From Candidatus Omnitrophota bacterium (GTDB taxonomy: Bacteria > Omnitrophota > Gorgyraeia > Tantalellales > Tantalellaceae): a stretch of 44,667 bases of DNA. Below the pieces are notes generated by a model. It was not told the origin of the DNA. It ran no database searches and was given only the letters and a program-made list of their open reading frames with translations. The stretch spans positions 43,909-88,575 of the forward strand of contig JADFYD010000001.1 in NCBI GenBank assembly GCA_015233235.1. The letters are read 5' to 3'. Positions within the stretch are counted from its first letter, which is position 1. Every line of letters starts with the position of its first letter. A program made the translations under genes and the position numbers. Shown here one piece after another: positions 26,047 through 35,201 of this stretch.

Positions 26047-27134
26047 CGTTTTCTTTCCCTGCTGATGCTCAGCAAAAACCCTATGCCCGTCATGAACGCT
26101 AAAGCGTTAGAACCGCCATAGCTTATGAGAGGTAATGGTATCCCAACTACCGGCATGAGACCGACCGTCATCGAAATATTCGTGACAACCTGGAACGCGA
26201 TGAGCGTAACAAAGCCCGTCGCCATCACTTTTCCGTAAACATCGTCAAGTCCCGCGATTATTTTAATTCCGCGGATCACTATGACCGCGTAGAGCGATAT
26301 CACCACAAGCGCGCCCACAAAACCCCATTCCTCGCCTATTACGGAGAAAATGAAATCGTTGTGCCTCTCAGGCAGGAATTTCAGATGGCTTTGCGTACCG
26401 TTCAGCCATCCTTTCCCCAAAAGACCTCCGGACCCTATAGCGATCTTTGACTGAATTATAGTGTACCCCGCGCCCAACGGGTCCGCGTTCGGATTAATAA
26501 AAACTGTCAGTCGTGTTTTTTGATAAGTTTTAAGAAAATGCCAGAAGATCGGCATACATGCCCCGCCGATCGCGAAAGTACCGAGAATGTACTTTATATT
26601 TTCTCCGTTTATAAGAAGTATCGCGAAAAGGACCGGCACCAAGAGCAGCGCAGTGCCGAGGTCAGGCTGTACGAGTATCAGCAAAAAAGCCGGCCCCACA
26701 AGTAAAAGAGAAAATAAGAAATTGCTGAAGGACCCGACTCGCTCTTTTCGATCGCCCAAAAAAGCCGCGAGCACAAAAATAATGCTCACCTTAGCGAATT
26801 CAGACGGCTGCAACGATAAAAACCCAAGATCCAACCACCTCTTCGCGCCGTAGCGCTCGCCGGCAAACAATAAAACGGCAAGGAGTAAAATAATATTCAC
26901 AAAATAAAAAATGTAGGCATAGTTCAAGACGTAGATATACTCTAAGTTAGCGATTAAAAAAAGTACCGCGACGCTAATCCCTACCCACATGATCTGCTTT
27001 AATACAAGCGGGCTGACCGCCACGGACGAACCTTTCACCGTGGTCGCGCTGTAAACAAAAATTATACCGAGCAAAGCGATAAAAAGCGCCGCCCCCAACA
27101 TTATTTTATCTATTCTGCCTCTGCCCGGTCTCAC
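26043..27134 (-). CDS. rodA: Rod shape-determining protein RodA (SEDS family)
   Basis: 363 aa polytopic FtsW/RodA pattern (PSEFAK, GLMPVVGIPLPLISYGGS). It has a GTG start with a GGAGGG RBS and lies downstream of mrdA. Confidence 0.9.
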   Translation of the reverse strand: MRPGRGRIDKIMLGAALFIALLGIIFVYSATTVKGSSVAVSPLVLKQIMWVGISVAVLFLIANLEYIYVLNYAYIFYFVNIILLLAVLLFAGERYGAKRWLDLGFLSLQPSEFAKVSIIFVLAAFLGDRKERVGSFSNFLFSLLLVGPAFLLILVQPDLGTALLLVPVLFAILLINGENIKYILGTFAIGGACMPIFWHFLKTYQKTRLTVFINPNADPLGAGYTIIQSKIAIGSGGLLGKGWLNGTQSHLKFLPERHNDFIFSVIGEEWGFVGALVVISLYAVIVIRGIKIIAGLDDVYGKVMATGFVTLIAFQVVTNISMTVGLMPVVGIPLPLISYGGSNALAFMTGIGFLLSISRERKR

Positions 27135-27156
27135 TATCCCTCCGTCTAAAAATTAT

Positions 27157-27172
27157 CCTATGCCCTATGCCC
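27157..27172. repeat. Second copy of the CCTATGCCCTATGCCC heptamer-repeat motif
   Basis: The 16-mer is identical to 14209-14224. It lies 8 nt after the mrdA stop codon. Confidence 0.85.
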
Positions 27173-27179
27173 ATTCTAT

Positions 27180-28901
27180 CTACTCCAGCAATCCAAGTTC
27201 TTTCGCTTTTTTGAACACTTTGCCGGCGATCTCGGCGGCGTAATGCCCGCCCAAACCACCTGACTCGTCTAATACGACTACCGAGAGTTTCGGTTTTTCA
27301 AAAGGCGCGAACGCGACAAACCAGCCGTGTGTTTTGCCGCCGGACACCTGCGCCGTACCGGTTTTGCCGGCGACAACAAAATCCGGCGAAGCGGCATTAT
27401 TACCGGTGCCGCCCTGCTCATTTACGCACCTTCGCATGCCTTCACGCACAAGGTCCACGGTATTGGCTCCGAGCCCCACGGAAATCGGCTCACTGGGACA
27501 GATCTTTAGATCTCCTATTTGCCTTATCATGAACGGTTTCACCAAATTTCCGTTGTTCGCGAATACACTCGCCATGCGCAGTACCTCGATCGGGGTAGCG
27601 AGCAAAAAACCCTGACCAATCGAAAAATTGGCCGTATCGCCCGGATACCAATTCTCCTTTTTCTGGAGCATTTTCATTTGCCTGTCAGGCACCACGCCCT
27701 TAACTTCACCCGGAAGGTCTATGTTTGTAATGTTCCCCAAACCGAATTTAGACGCGTATTGCGCTATTCCCTCGACATCGATCGCAAGCCCCGCCCTATA
27801 AAAAAACACGTCGCATGAATTTTTGAGCGCGTCCGAAAGCACTTGAACGCCGTGACCTGCTTTTTCCCAGCATCCGAATACACGCCTGCCGATGGTTATC
27901 CCTCCGGTGCAGACCACCTCGGTCCGAGCGTTAATTTTTCCTTCTTCGAGCGCGCCCGACGCCACGACAAGTTTAAATACCGACCCGGGCGGATATTTCG
28001 CCGCAACGGCCCTATCAAGGAGCACCGGTACCCCGGAACACATAACTTCAACTCTTTCTTTCTGTCTTTTTCTATCAATAAATATCTCAGGATCATATGA
28101 CGGGCTGCTGAAAAGCGCCCTAATTTCGCCGGTCCCGGGGTCCATAGCGATAACGGCGCCTCTCCTGTCAGAGAAGATCTCCGAAACATACTCCTGCAAG
28201 TCGCTGTCTATCGTAAGATACACGTTCTTTCCCGGTACCGGTTCCTTATATCCCAGAACCGACACTTCACGTCCGCGATGGTCGACTTCAACGTCTTTTC
28301 CGCCGTCTTCTCCCTTCAGATAAGTATCACACACACTTTCTACACCGCTTCTGCCAATATAATCTGATATCTCATAACCGTAAGGTTTTAACTTTTCGAG
28401 TTCCTTCTGTGTCGGTAGACCTATATATCCGGTTATGTGCCCAGCAGCTTTTCCGAGAAAATATTTGCGCCGCGTGGAAACCTGCAGAATAAGACCGGGA
28501 TGATCGGTAATGATCTCCTCCAACTGTATCGCCGCCTGCATACCGATATCTTTTCTTATAACGTACGGGACATACGGCATTGTCCTGCCCTTAGCGATCG
28601 TCATCCTGACCTCATCGGTAGTGGAATCGAGAAGCTCGGCAAGGGCCTGAACCAGCTTTTCCCTGTCTCTTATTTCACTGTGTATAACGGCGGCATCAAA
28701 GCTAAGAATATCTTTCGCGATTATTTTGCCGGTCCTGTCAATAATAGTGCCGCGCGGGGCCAAAAGCGGAAGAACGCGCAGTCGGTTTTTCTCTGACATG
28801 ATCTTATAAGCGCGGTGCTGCAGAATTTGGGTATGAAATAAACCCGATACCAAAAACACAAGAAAGACTAAAAGTATCCTGGAAAATATTTTAAGCCTCA
28901 T
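27180..28901 (-). CDS. mrdA: Penicillin-binding protein 2 (elongasome transpeptidase)
   Basis: 573 aa with an N-terminal TM helix, a PBP dimerisation domain, a transpeptidase domain with SVFK (SxxK) and KTGTA, and mreCD-rodA context. Confidence 0.9.
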   Translation of the reverse strand: MRLKIFSRILLVFLVFLVSGLFHTQILQHRAYKIMSEKNRLRVLPLLAPRGTIIDRTGKIIAKDILSFDAAVIHSEIRDREKLVQALAELLDSTTDEVRMTIAKGRTMPYVPYVIRKDIGMQAAIQLEEIITDHPGLILQVSTRRKYFLGKAAGHITGYIGLPTQKELEKLKPYGYEISDYIGRSGVESVCDTYLKGEDGGKDVEVDHRGREVSVLGYKEPVPGKNVYLTIDSDLQEYVSEIFSDRRGAVIAMDPGTGEIRALFSSPSYDPEIFIDRKRQKERVEVMCSGVPVLLDRAVAAKYPPGSVFKLVVASGALEEGKINARTEVVCTGGITIGRRVFGCWEKAGHGVQVLSDALKNSCDVFFYRAGLAIDVEGIAQYASKFGLGNITNIDLPGEVKGVVPDRQMKMLQKKENWYPGDTANFSIGQGFLLATPIEVLRMASVFANNGNLVKPFMIRQIGDLKICPSEPISVGLGANTVDLVREGMRRCVNEQGGTGNNAASPDFVVAGKTGTAQVSGGKTHGWFVAFAPFEKPKLSVVVLDESGGLGGHYAAEIAGKVFKKAKELGLLE

Positions 28902-29392
28902 AAAACACGCCGCGCATAAAATGTTCTATTGAGCATTTGAAAAAATATCGGGGCCGCTACCACGGTCGTAAGAAGTTTCCTCCAGCTTCCGCTAAAAACC
29001 CCGCCCGCACCGTCGAAACTCTCATGAAAGATTTTTATGGATACGGAATCGACAAGAATAAGGCACAAAAAAGCGATCCCTGTCACTATCATATCCATAG
29101 CCGGGCTTTCTTTATCCAAAAGACGCGCGAGCGAATACACAAAGAAAACTATCAGTAAACACGCAAAAATATCGGCGATGATGAACCCGTATGAAAATAT
29201 CCCCCGAAAAGTCCCCGCGATGACGCTCATAATTATACCGTCCCGCAAACCGCAAAAACTCGCGGTGAAAACAACAAGTAGAAGTAACAGATCAGGAACC
29301 CACACCGCCCATTTTGCGGGAGTCACGGCTAAAAAAGCGGATAACAGCAACGTATAACTTAACGCATGTCTTTTAAAGTGGTCACTTTTCAT
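28898..29392 (-). CDS. mreD: Rod shape-determining protein MreD
   Basis: 164 aa polytopic membrane protein positioned between mreC and mrdA. The call is mainly positional. Confidence 0.7.
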   Translation of the reverse strand: MKSDHFKRHALSYTLLLSAFLAVTPAKWAVWVPDLLLLLVVFTASFCGLRDGIIMSVIAGTFRGIFSYGFIIADIFACLLIVFFVYSLARLLDKESPAMDMIVTGIAFLCLILVDSVSIKIFHESFDGAGGVFSGSWRKLLTTVVAAPIFFQMLNRTFYARRVL

Positions 29393-29400
29393 AGCTTTTT

Positions 29401-30234
29401 CTAAGAAGCGCTTTTCGTCTCCGGAGCGGTTTGGGCTTCTTTATCGGGTTGTTTCGAAACGCACAAGACTTCTTCCTCGCCAGTAAGATCTGCCGCCAAG
29501 TCTATGTCTGCAACCTTAAAAAGCCCGGTACTATCTTTTCCTATCCCCGATATCTTGCCTATAATTATCCCTTCCGGAAATATCCGACTGAGTTTTGACG
29601 TAACAACCGTCGCGCCTACGTTTACATTTTCGTCCATCGGAATATAAAGCATTTTCGCGTGCGCCGATCCGGCACCTGTCACAACACCGCTTACACGACC
29701 TGCCAGCGTGACGCCGCCGGCCTTAAAATCGGGATTGGCGAGTAAGAGAACCATACTTTCGTTTTCCCACACCTCTACTATCTTTCCGAGCAGTCCTTTC
29801 GAAGAGCATACGGCGGTTTCGGTCGAGAGACCATCTTTTTCGCCTTTATTGATGATCACCGATCCCATCCAATCGTTGGGATCCCTAGCGACTATTTCGG
29901 CGGATATAGCGGTAAAGTTATGTCTTTCTTTGAAAGCTTCCAGCGCGCGCAGTCTTTTGTTTTCGTCAAGGATGTCTTCGGATTGATGAAATTTTAACGT
30001 AAGTTCGGCAACTTTACCGCGCAGAAGACGGTTCTCCAGCACAAGCCGCTTTTTATCATAAAAGTACAGTGTTACTTGGCCGTAAACCTTGGCGGGAAGA
30101 GTAAAGAACCAGACGGCACCGGATTTGCATTTGTAACGTACGGAAGGGAAGCACGCCAGCACGAGCAGGATAAGCGCCGCGAGGATGACTATTTGTCGAT
30201 TTCTGAACCTATTGAAAAATAATGGCGTAGGCAC
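29401..30234 (-). CDS. mreC: Rod shape-determining protein MreC
   Basis: 277 aa with an N-terminal TM helix, a coiled-coil (ENRLLRGKVAEL...NKRLRAL) and beta-barrel domains (VVTSKLSRIFPEGIIIGKI). Confidence 0.85.
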   Translation of the reverse strand: MPTPLFFNRFRNRQIVILAALILLVLACFPSVRYKCKSGAVWFFTLPAKVYGQVTLYFYDKKRLVLENRLLRGKVAELTLKFHQSEDILDENKRLRALEAFKERHNFTAISAEIVARDPNDWMGSVIINKGEKDGLSTETAVCSSKGLLGKIVEVWENESMVLLLANPDFKAGGVTLAGRVSGVVTGAGSAHAKMLYIPMDENVNVGATVVTSKLSRIFPEGIIIGKISGIGKDSTGLFKVADIDLAADLTGEEEVLCVSKQPDKEAQTAPETKSAS

Positions 30235-30269
30235 ATTTAGAGTTGACGGATACGTTCAATGTTTTTATG

Positions 30270-31328
30270 TTACCGACGGAGTTTCGGCGAAACGGTGACT
30301 TTTTTAAGGTAGTTAAGTTCGGTAAGAGCCTTACCCGTACCCAAAACTACCGCCGTTAACGGATCATCGGCTATGTGTACCGGCAAACCAGTCTCTTCCG
30401 AGATAAGCTTATCGATACCGACAAGAAGCGACCCGCCGCCCGCCATTATCAAACCTTTTTCGATGAGGTCCGCAGAGAGTTCGGGCGGAGTCCTCTCAAG
30501 GGTAACACGTACAGCTTCTACTATCTGCGCGATGGGCTCCGACAATGCCTCTCTTATCTCTTCGCTGTTGACCGTGATGGATTTCGGCAGGCCCGCCACA
30601 AGATCACGGCCCCTGACTTCCATAGTGAGTTCCTGCTCCATCGGGTACGCCGAGCCTATACTGATCTTAATGTCTTCGGCTGTCCTTTCCCCTATCATCA
30701 GGTTATACGTTCTTTTCAAATAATTTATGATCGCCGTGTCCAGCTCATCGCCGCCTATCCTTATGGACTTCGCGAAAACTATGCCGGCCAACGATATAAC
30801 GGCCATTTCGGTAGTACCGCCGCCGATATCTATGATCATGTTACCCGAGGGTTCCTGTATCGGAAGCCCTACTCCTATGGCCGCGGCCATGGGCTCTTCT
30901 ATCATGAACACTTCACGCGCGCCGGCATGAAGGGCCGAATCTTTTACGGCTCTGCGTTCAACCTCGGTAATACCGGACGGGACAGCGACAACGATCCTGG
31001 GCCTTACCATCCTTCTCGAGTGATGTACTTTTTTTATAAAGTACCTAAGCATGCTCTCGGTAATGTCGAAATCAGCTATAACGCCGTCTCTCATTGGCCT
31101 TATGGCTACGATGTTACCGGGTGTACGGCCAAGCATCCTTTTCGCCTCTTCCCCGACAGCGAGCACATTGCTTGTCCCCGCTTCGATCGCGACGACCGAA
31201 GGCTCGCACAGAACAATACCTTCATTTTTAACGTAGACCAGCGTCGAAGCGGTACCTAAGTCGATACCCATGTCACTTGAGAACAAACTCGACACGCCGT
31301 CCAGTACCTGTGAGAGAATTTTCATCAT
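30270..31328 (-). CDS. mreB: Rod shape-determining actin homologue MreB
   Basis: 352 aa with [21 protein letters not shown] and GGGSLL motifs intact. Confidence 0.95.
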   Translation of the reverse strand: MMKILSQVLDGVSSLFSSDMGIDLGTASTLVYVKNEGIVLCEPSVVAIEAGTSNVLAVGEEAKRMLGRTPGNIVAIRPMRDGVIADFDITESMLRYFIKKVHHSRRMVRPRIVVAVPSGITEVERRAVKDSALHAGAREVFMIEEPMAAAIGVGLPIQEPSGNMIIDIGGGTTEMAVISLAGIVFAKSIRIGGDELDTAIINYLKRTYNLMIGERTAEDIKISIGSAYPMEQELTMEVRGRDLVAGLPKSITVNSEEIREALSEPIAQIVEAVRVTLERTPPELSADLIEKGLIMAGGGSLLVGIDKLISEETGLPVHIADDPLTAVVLGTGKALTELNYLKKVTVSPKLRR

Positions 31329-31498
31329 GCGCTATGCCTCTCTTTTAATTTCTTGGTATTATCCGGTTAACTACCCGTTATTATTATGCTTATGCGAATT
31401 TAAATTTGTAAGCTGAATATTAACAAAATATGCTGGGGCTGTCAACCGTTTTCTGTCCGTTTAAAACCATACACAAACCTGAATTTACATCAATGAGG

Positions 31499-31646
31499 AT
31501 GCCGCGGATGAAAAGTTCCGGACGAACCCCCGGCAGCGACGTCGGGCTCGGATCCGCCGAAGGCGGACCGACTCGCTGCCGGATGAGCCCGACCGGCCGC
31601 CGGAGCCGGTCGGGCGTGTTCGGCCGGAACTTTTCATCCGCGGCAT
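31499..31646. other. GC-rich 148-nt inverted-repeat element folding as a three-way junction
   Basis: The 29-nt arms 31499-31527 and 31618-31646 match at 28/29. Inner hairpins are 31531-31581 (9 + 5 + 6 bp) and 31587-31615 (10 bp). G+C is about 70% by hand count. TTTTTT follows on the plus strand at 31647-31652. Confidence 0.6.
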
Positions 31647-31662
31647 TTTTTTCATTACTTTG

Positions 31663-32961
31663 TTATTGGGAAACACTCATGAGATCTGTGTAGAAGCTCG
31701 GATATGAAGTATTGACGCAGTTGACATTCTGCACGGTCGAGTTACCGCCGGCTGAGAGTGCGGCAATGGCCATGCTCATCGCGGTCCTGTGATCGCAGAA
31801 ACTGTCAAATATCGCGTTTTTCAGACCGTTAACTTTGCCCTTTATATAAAGGTTGCCGTTCTCTTCCCTGAAAGAGACGCCCATTTTAGCCAGATTAAAA
31901 CGCATGCTCTCTACCCTGTCCGTCTCTTTCACCTTAAGCTCGGAAATACCTTTTATCACGGTCTCGCCTTCGGCGTGAAGCGCGGCTATGATAAGTATCG
32001 GTATTTCGTCGATAAGAAGAGGGATCTCTTCTTCCTTTACGATGGTTGATCTTAATAAGGAGTGTTTAACCAGTAAGTCGCCTACCGGCTCTACGCCTTC
32101 TTTTTGGTCCATCACACTTATATTAGCTCCCATTCTCAGGAGAACGTCTAATACACCCCTGCGAGTCGGGTTCAACCCGGTGTTTTTCAGCGTCAGCTCG
32201 GAACCTTTAACAATGAGCCCCGCGGCAATAAAAAACGCGGCGCTGGAGATATCTCCGGGGACTGCGATATCTCTGGCAATGAGCTTTGAACCGCCTTTAA
32301 CTTTTGCGGTACAGCCTGATCTCGCGACTTTAACAGACAAATATTCAAACATCCTCTCCGTATGATCCCGGGAGATAAAAGGTTCCGTAACACTGGTTTC
32401 ACCGCGCGCGTAAAGTCCCGCGGCGAGGATGCATGACTTAACCTGCGCGCTCGCGACAGGAGAGTTATATGATATGCCGGAAAGGCCTGTTTTTGACGGA
32501 GATATCTCAAGAGGAGCACATCTCCCGTCTGAAAGTGACCTGATCGATGCGCCCATTTCCTTAAGCGGCTTCATTATCCGCTCCATCGGGCGGTTGGAAA
32601 GAGAGTCATCACCCTCCAAAATAGTCGTGAACTTTTGACCCGCGAGTATGCCGGAGATCACCCTCATGCTCGTCCCGGAATTCCCCAGGTAAATGGGCCT
32701 TTTAGGAGCTTTTAAGCCTGAAAGCCCCGCTCCTCTTATTTCGACCGTGCCTTTAGAATGTGCTATCTCGACACCGAGAGACTTGAACGCGTTTAAGGTA
32801 CACAGGCAATCTTCGCCCATCAAGAAATTGGTCACCCGAGTATCGCCCTCGGCTATCGCGCCGAACATTATGGCGCGGTGCGAAACGCTTTTATCCGGAG
32901 GGACGGTTATCGTACCTCGAAGTGTTTTGACGGGTTTTATTGTCCAATCCATAACAATCAT
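31663..32961 (-). CDS. aroA: 3-phosphoshikimate 1-carboxyvinyltransferase (EPSP synthase)
   Basis: 432 aa with VPPDKSVSHRAIMF, LGNSGTSMR and DHRTAMS motifs. An alternative ATG lies 3 codons downstream, at 32952. Confidence 0.95.
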   Translation of the reverse strand: MIVMDWTIKPVKTLRGTITVPPDKSVSHRAIMFGAIAEGDTRVTNFLMGEDCLCTLNAFKSLGVEIAHSKGTVEIRGAGLSGLKAPKRPIYLGNSGTSMRVISGILAGQKFTTILEGDDSLSNRPMERIMKPLKEMGASIRSLSDGRCAPLEISPSKTGLSGISYNSPVASAQVKSCILAAGLYARGETSVTEPFISRDHTERMFEYLSVKVARSGCTAKVKGGSKLIARDIAVPGDISSAAFFIAAGLIVKGSELTLKNTGLNPTRRGVLDVLLRMGANISVMDQKEGVEPVGDLLVKHSLLRSTIVKEEEIPLLIDEIPILIIAALHAEGETVIKGISELKVKETDRVESMRFNLAKMGVSFREENGNLYIKGKVNGLKNAIFDSFCDHRTAMSMAIAALSAGGNSTVQNVNCVNTSYPSFYTDLMSVSQ

Positions 32962-33878
32962 CCCTGGTAATCACCGTGTTTGATCACGTTCATCATGTCG
33001 TCAGGTATTTCCGCCTTGAATTCCATCGGCTCTTTGGTGCTTGGATGAATGACCTTTATCGACTCGGCATGAAGCATTTGCCTGTCCGTATCCGCCCCTC
33101 GCCCGTAAACTTTGTCACCCAATATAGGGTACCCCAAATGGCTCATATGAACGCGTATCTGATGAGTACGGCCACTCGAAATGGACACCCTTAATACAGT
33201 GAAACGCTCGAACCGTTTTAATACATGAAATTCCGTTATCGCCGTTTGACCGTCTTCGGGAGAGACCACCATTTTTTCACGGTTTTTTTTGTCGCGCCCT
33301 ATCGGTGCCGTGATAATACCGTTATCTTCCTGCACTACACCTTTCACTAAAGCTATGTATTTCTTTCCGACACGCCGCGTCTTGAACTGGTTAGCCAGGA
33401 ACCGGAGAGATTTATCGTCCTTCACGGCTATAATAACCCCGGAAGTATCCTTATCGAGCCTGTGCAGTATTCCGGGTCTCACACCGGCGGCGTCTCCCGC
33501 GAGTTTTTTAGAATGGAATAAAAGAGCGTTCGCGAACGTGCCGGATTTATTTCCCGCGCCCGGATGCACAACAAGTCCTGCAGGCTTATTCACCACAATA
33601 ATGAAATCGTCTTCAAAAATTATATCCAGCGGAATATCTTCAGCCGTAAGCCTTGTCTCGGGCTTGGCGACAATGTTAATGTCGATAGTATCGCCCTCGG
33701 AAACGGCAAAACTGGGTTTCACCGTATCACCGTTAACTTTCACTTCGCCTTTTTCGATAAGCATCTTTGCGAAAACGCGCGAATACTCTTCACCGAGCTT
33801 TTTGGCGACGAATTTGTCTATCCTCTGCCCTTTTTCTTCGGGTGATACCACGAATACATTCATATTGCTTTTATCCAT
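32958..33878 (-). CDS. rluD: RluA-family 23S rRNA pseudouridine synthase (RluD-like) with S4 domain
   Basis: 306 aa with an N-terminal S4-like segment, the HRLDKDTSG catalytic motif and GRTHQIRVH. Confidence 0.9.
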   Translation of the reverse strand: MDKSNMNVFVVSPEEKGQRIDKFVAKKLGEEYSRVFAKMLIEKGEVKVNGDTVKPSFAVSEGDTIDINIVAKPETRLTAEDIPLDIIFEDDFIIVVNKPAGLVVHPGAGNKSGTFANALLFHSKKLAGDAAGVRPGILHRLDKDTSGVIIAVKDDKSLRFLANQFKTRRVGKKYIALVKGVVQEDNGIITAPIGRDKKNREKMVVSPEDGQTAITEFHVLKRFERFTVLRVSISSGRTHQIRVHMSHLGYPILGDKVYGRGADTDRQMLHAESIKVIHPSTKEPMEFKAEIPDDMMNVIKHGDYQG

Positions 33879-33923
33879 ATCTGCATCGCGATCATAAAAC
33901 CGCTACTTTACGACATTGCGCGA

Positions 33924-33953
33924 CGTAGGGGCACGGCATGCCGTGCCCCTACG
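33924..33953. other. Perfect 30-nt palindrome CGTAGGGGCACGGCATGCCGTGCCCCTACG (stem-loop just after lgt)
   Basis: Read directly from the sequence, 6 nt downstream of the lgt stop. There is no adjacent U-tract on either strand. Confidence 0.7.
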
Positions 33954-33959
33954 ATCTAA

Positions 33960-34703
33960 TTATTGATGTTTGCCATCCACAAAAAATCTCATCCATATCA
34001 AGACCGAAACCACGAGCACTCCCATGCTGATGAGCTGTGAGAGCGTCATACCCGCGGCTATGACCGGATTGTCACCGCGAAAAAGGTCTAACACCGACCT
34101 CCCCGCCGAATACAACATGAGGTACGCCAAAAATACCGCGCCTTCTTTCTTAGATTGATCCCGGTACAAAAGAAGCAGCACGAACGTTAAAAGCAGAAAA
34201 GCCGCGGAATAAAGTTGTATAGGAATGCGCATGCAGCTTTCACCGGGAAAAGTCACGCCGATACCTCCGGCGATGATCTTACCGTAACAGCATCCGTTAA
34301 AAAAACAACCTACCCTTCCGATACCCTGCCCCAACGCGACATAAGGCACGATAAAATCCGCCGCTTTAAAATACGAGATCTTCCGGAATTTCGCGAAAAG
34401 AATGCTTGTCAAAGCCGCGAACACTATACCGCCCTGTATAGAAAGTCCGCCATCCCGAAAAGCAAAGATCCTCGCGGGGTTCACTTTGAAATAATCATAA
34501 TTAATGATCACATATAGAAGCCTGCTGCCTATAAGCCCGGTCACAAGGATAAAGAGCAGAATGTCCATAAAGATCTCTGGACGCATCTTCCGTCGTTCGG
34601 CATCGAGCTTTATGAGGAACATCGCCGCGATAAAAGCCGTAGCGACAAAAAACCCGTAAGTGTACACTTCAAACGGTCCGATATGAAAAAGTATTTTATG
34701 CAT
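33960..34703 (-). CDS. lgt: Prolipoprotein diacylglyceryl transferase
   Basis: 247 aa polytopic protein with GGLSIQGG and GRVGCFFNGCCYG motifs. Confidence 0.9.
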   Translation of the reverse strand: MHKILFHIGPFEVYTYGFFVATAFIAAMFLIKLDAERRKMRPEIFMDILLFILVTGLIGSRLLYVIINYDYFKVNPARIFAFRDGGLSIQGGIVFAALTSILFAKFRKISYFKAADFIVPYVALGQGIGRVGCFFNGCCYGKIIAGGIGVTFPGESCMRIPIQLYSAAFLLLTFVLLLLYRDQSKKEGAVFLAYLMLYSAGRSVLDLFRGDNPVIAAGMTLSQLISMGVLVVSVLIWMRFFVDGKHQ

Positions 34704-35193
34704 TGCGTGTCAGCCTTGTTGTGCTATTCGTAAAAAACGAAACCATAAGCAAAAACACACCTATACAGATCGCGGAGTCGGCGATATTAAAAACCGGCCA
34801 TACCCTGAAATCCAGAAAATCCACTACATAGCCGTGCCGTATCCTATCGACCAAATTTCCCAACGTGCCTGAAAGTATGGTAACAAGCGCGATCCTGTCA
34901 CGAAAACATATTTTATCATATTTTTTTACAAGGAATGAAACAATCAGGATAACCGCTAAGAGACCTACGCATATAAAGAAAAACGGGATATCCTTGAAAA
35001 GTCCGAAAGCCACGCCCGTATTCTGCACATACGTTATGTGAAAAATACCGGACACAACGGGTATAGACGCGTCGGGTTTGATCTTGGAAATGACCAACAA
35101 TTTAGTGACCCTGTCGAGCCCGTATAAAAAAGCCGCGAAAAGGTACAAAAAAAGGATCGATTTGATCTCTTGTTTCCCTGTAAGTTTACTCAT
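34696..35193 (-). CDS. lspA: Lipoprotein signal peptidase II
   Basis: VQNTGVAFG and GNLVDR..GYVVDF...FNIADS motifs. I chose the ATG at 35191-35193, 8 nt after the ileS stop. The track ORF (to 35307) would overlap ileS by about 100 nt. Confidence 0.85.
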   Translation of the reverse strand: MSKLTGKQEIKSILFLYLFAAFLYGLDRVTKLLVISKIKPDASIPVVSGIFHITYVQNTGVAFGLFKDIPFFFICVGLLAVILIVSFLVKKYDKICFRDRIALVTILSGTLGNLVDRIRHGYVVDFLDFRVWPVFNIADSAICIGVFLLMVSFFTNSTTRLTRNA

Positions 35194-35201
35194 AGACGTA
35201 A

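Noticed and set aside
31430-31693. Two overlapping ORFs on opposite strands (87 aa plus strand, and 63 aa minus strand at 31485-31676) that both contain MPRMKSSGRT.
   Set aside because: The shared peptide is a mirror artefact of the 29-nt inverted-repeat arms. The translations are Arg/Gly/Ser-rich GC-driven sequence, and neither has an RBS. I treated the region as a structured non-coding element.
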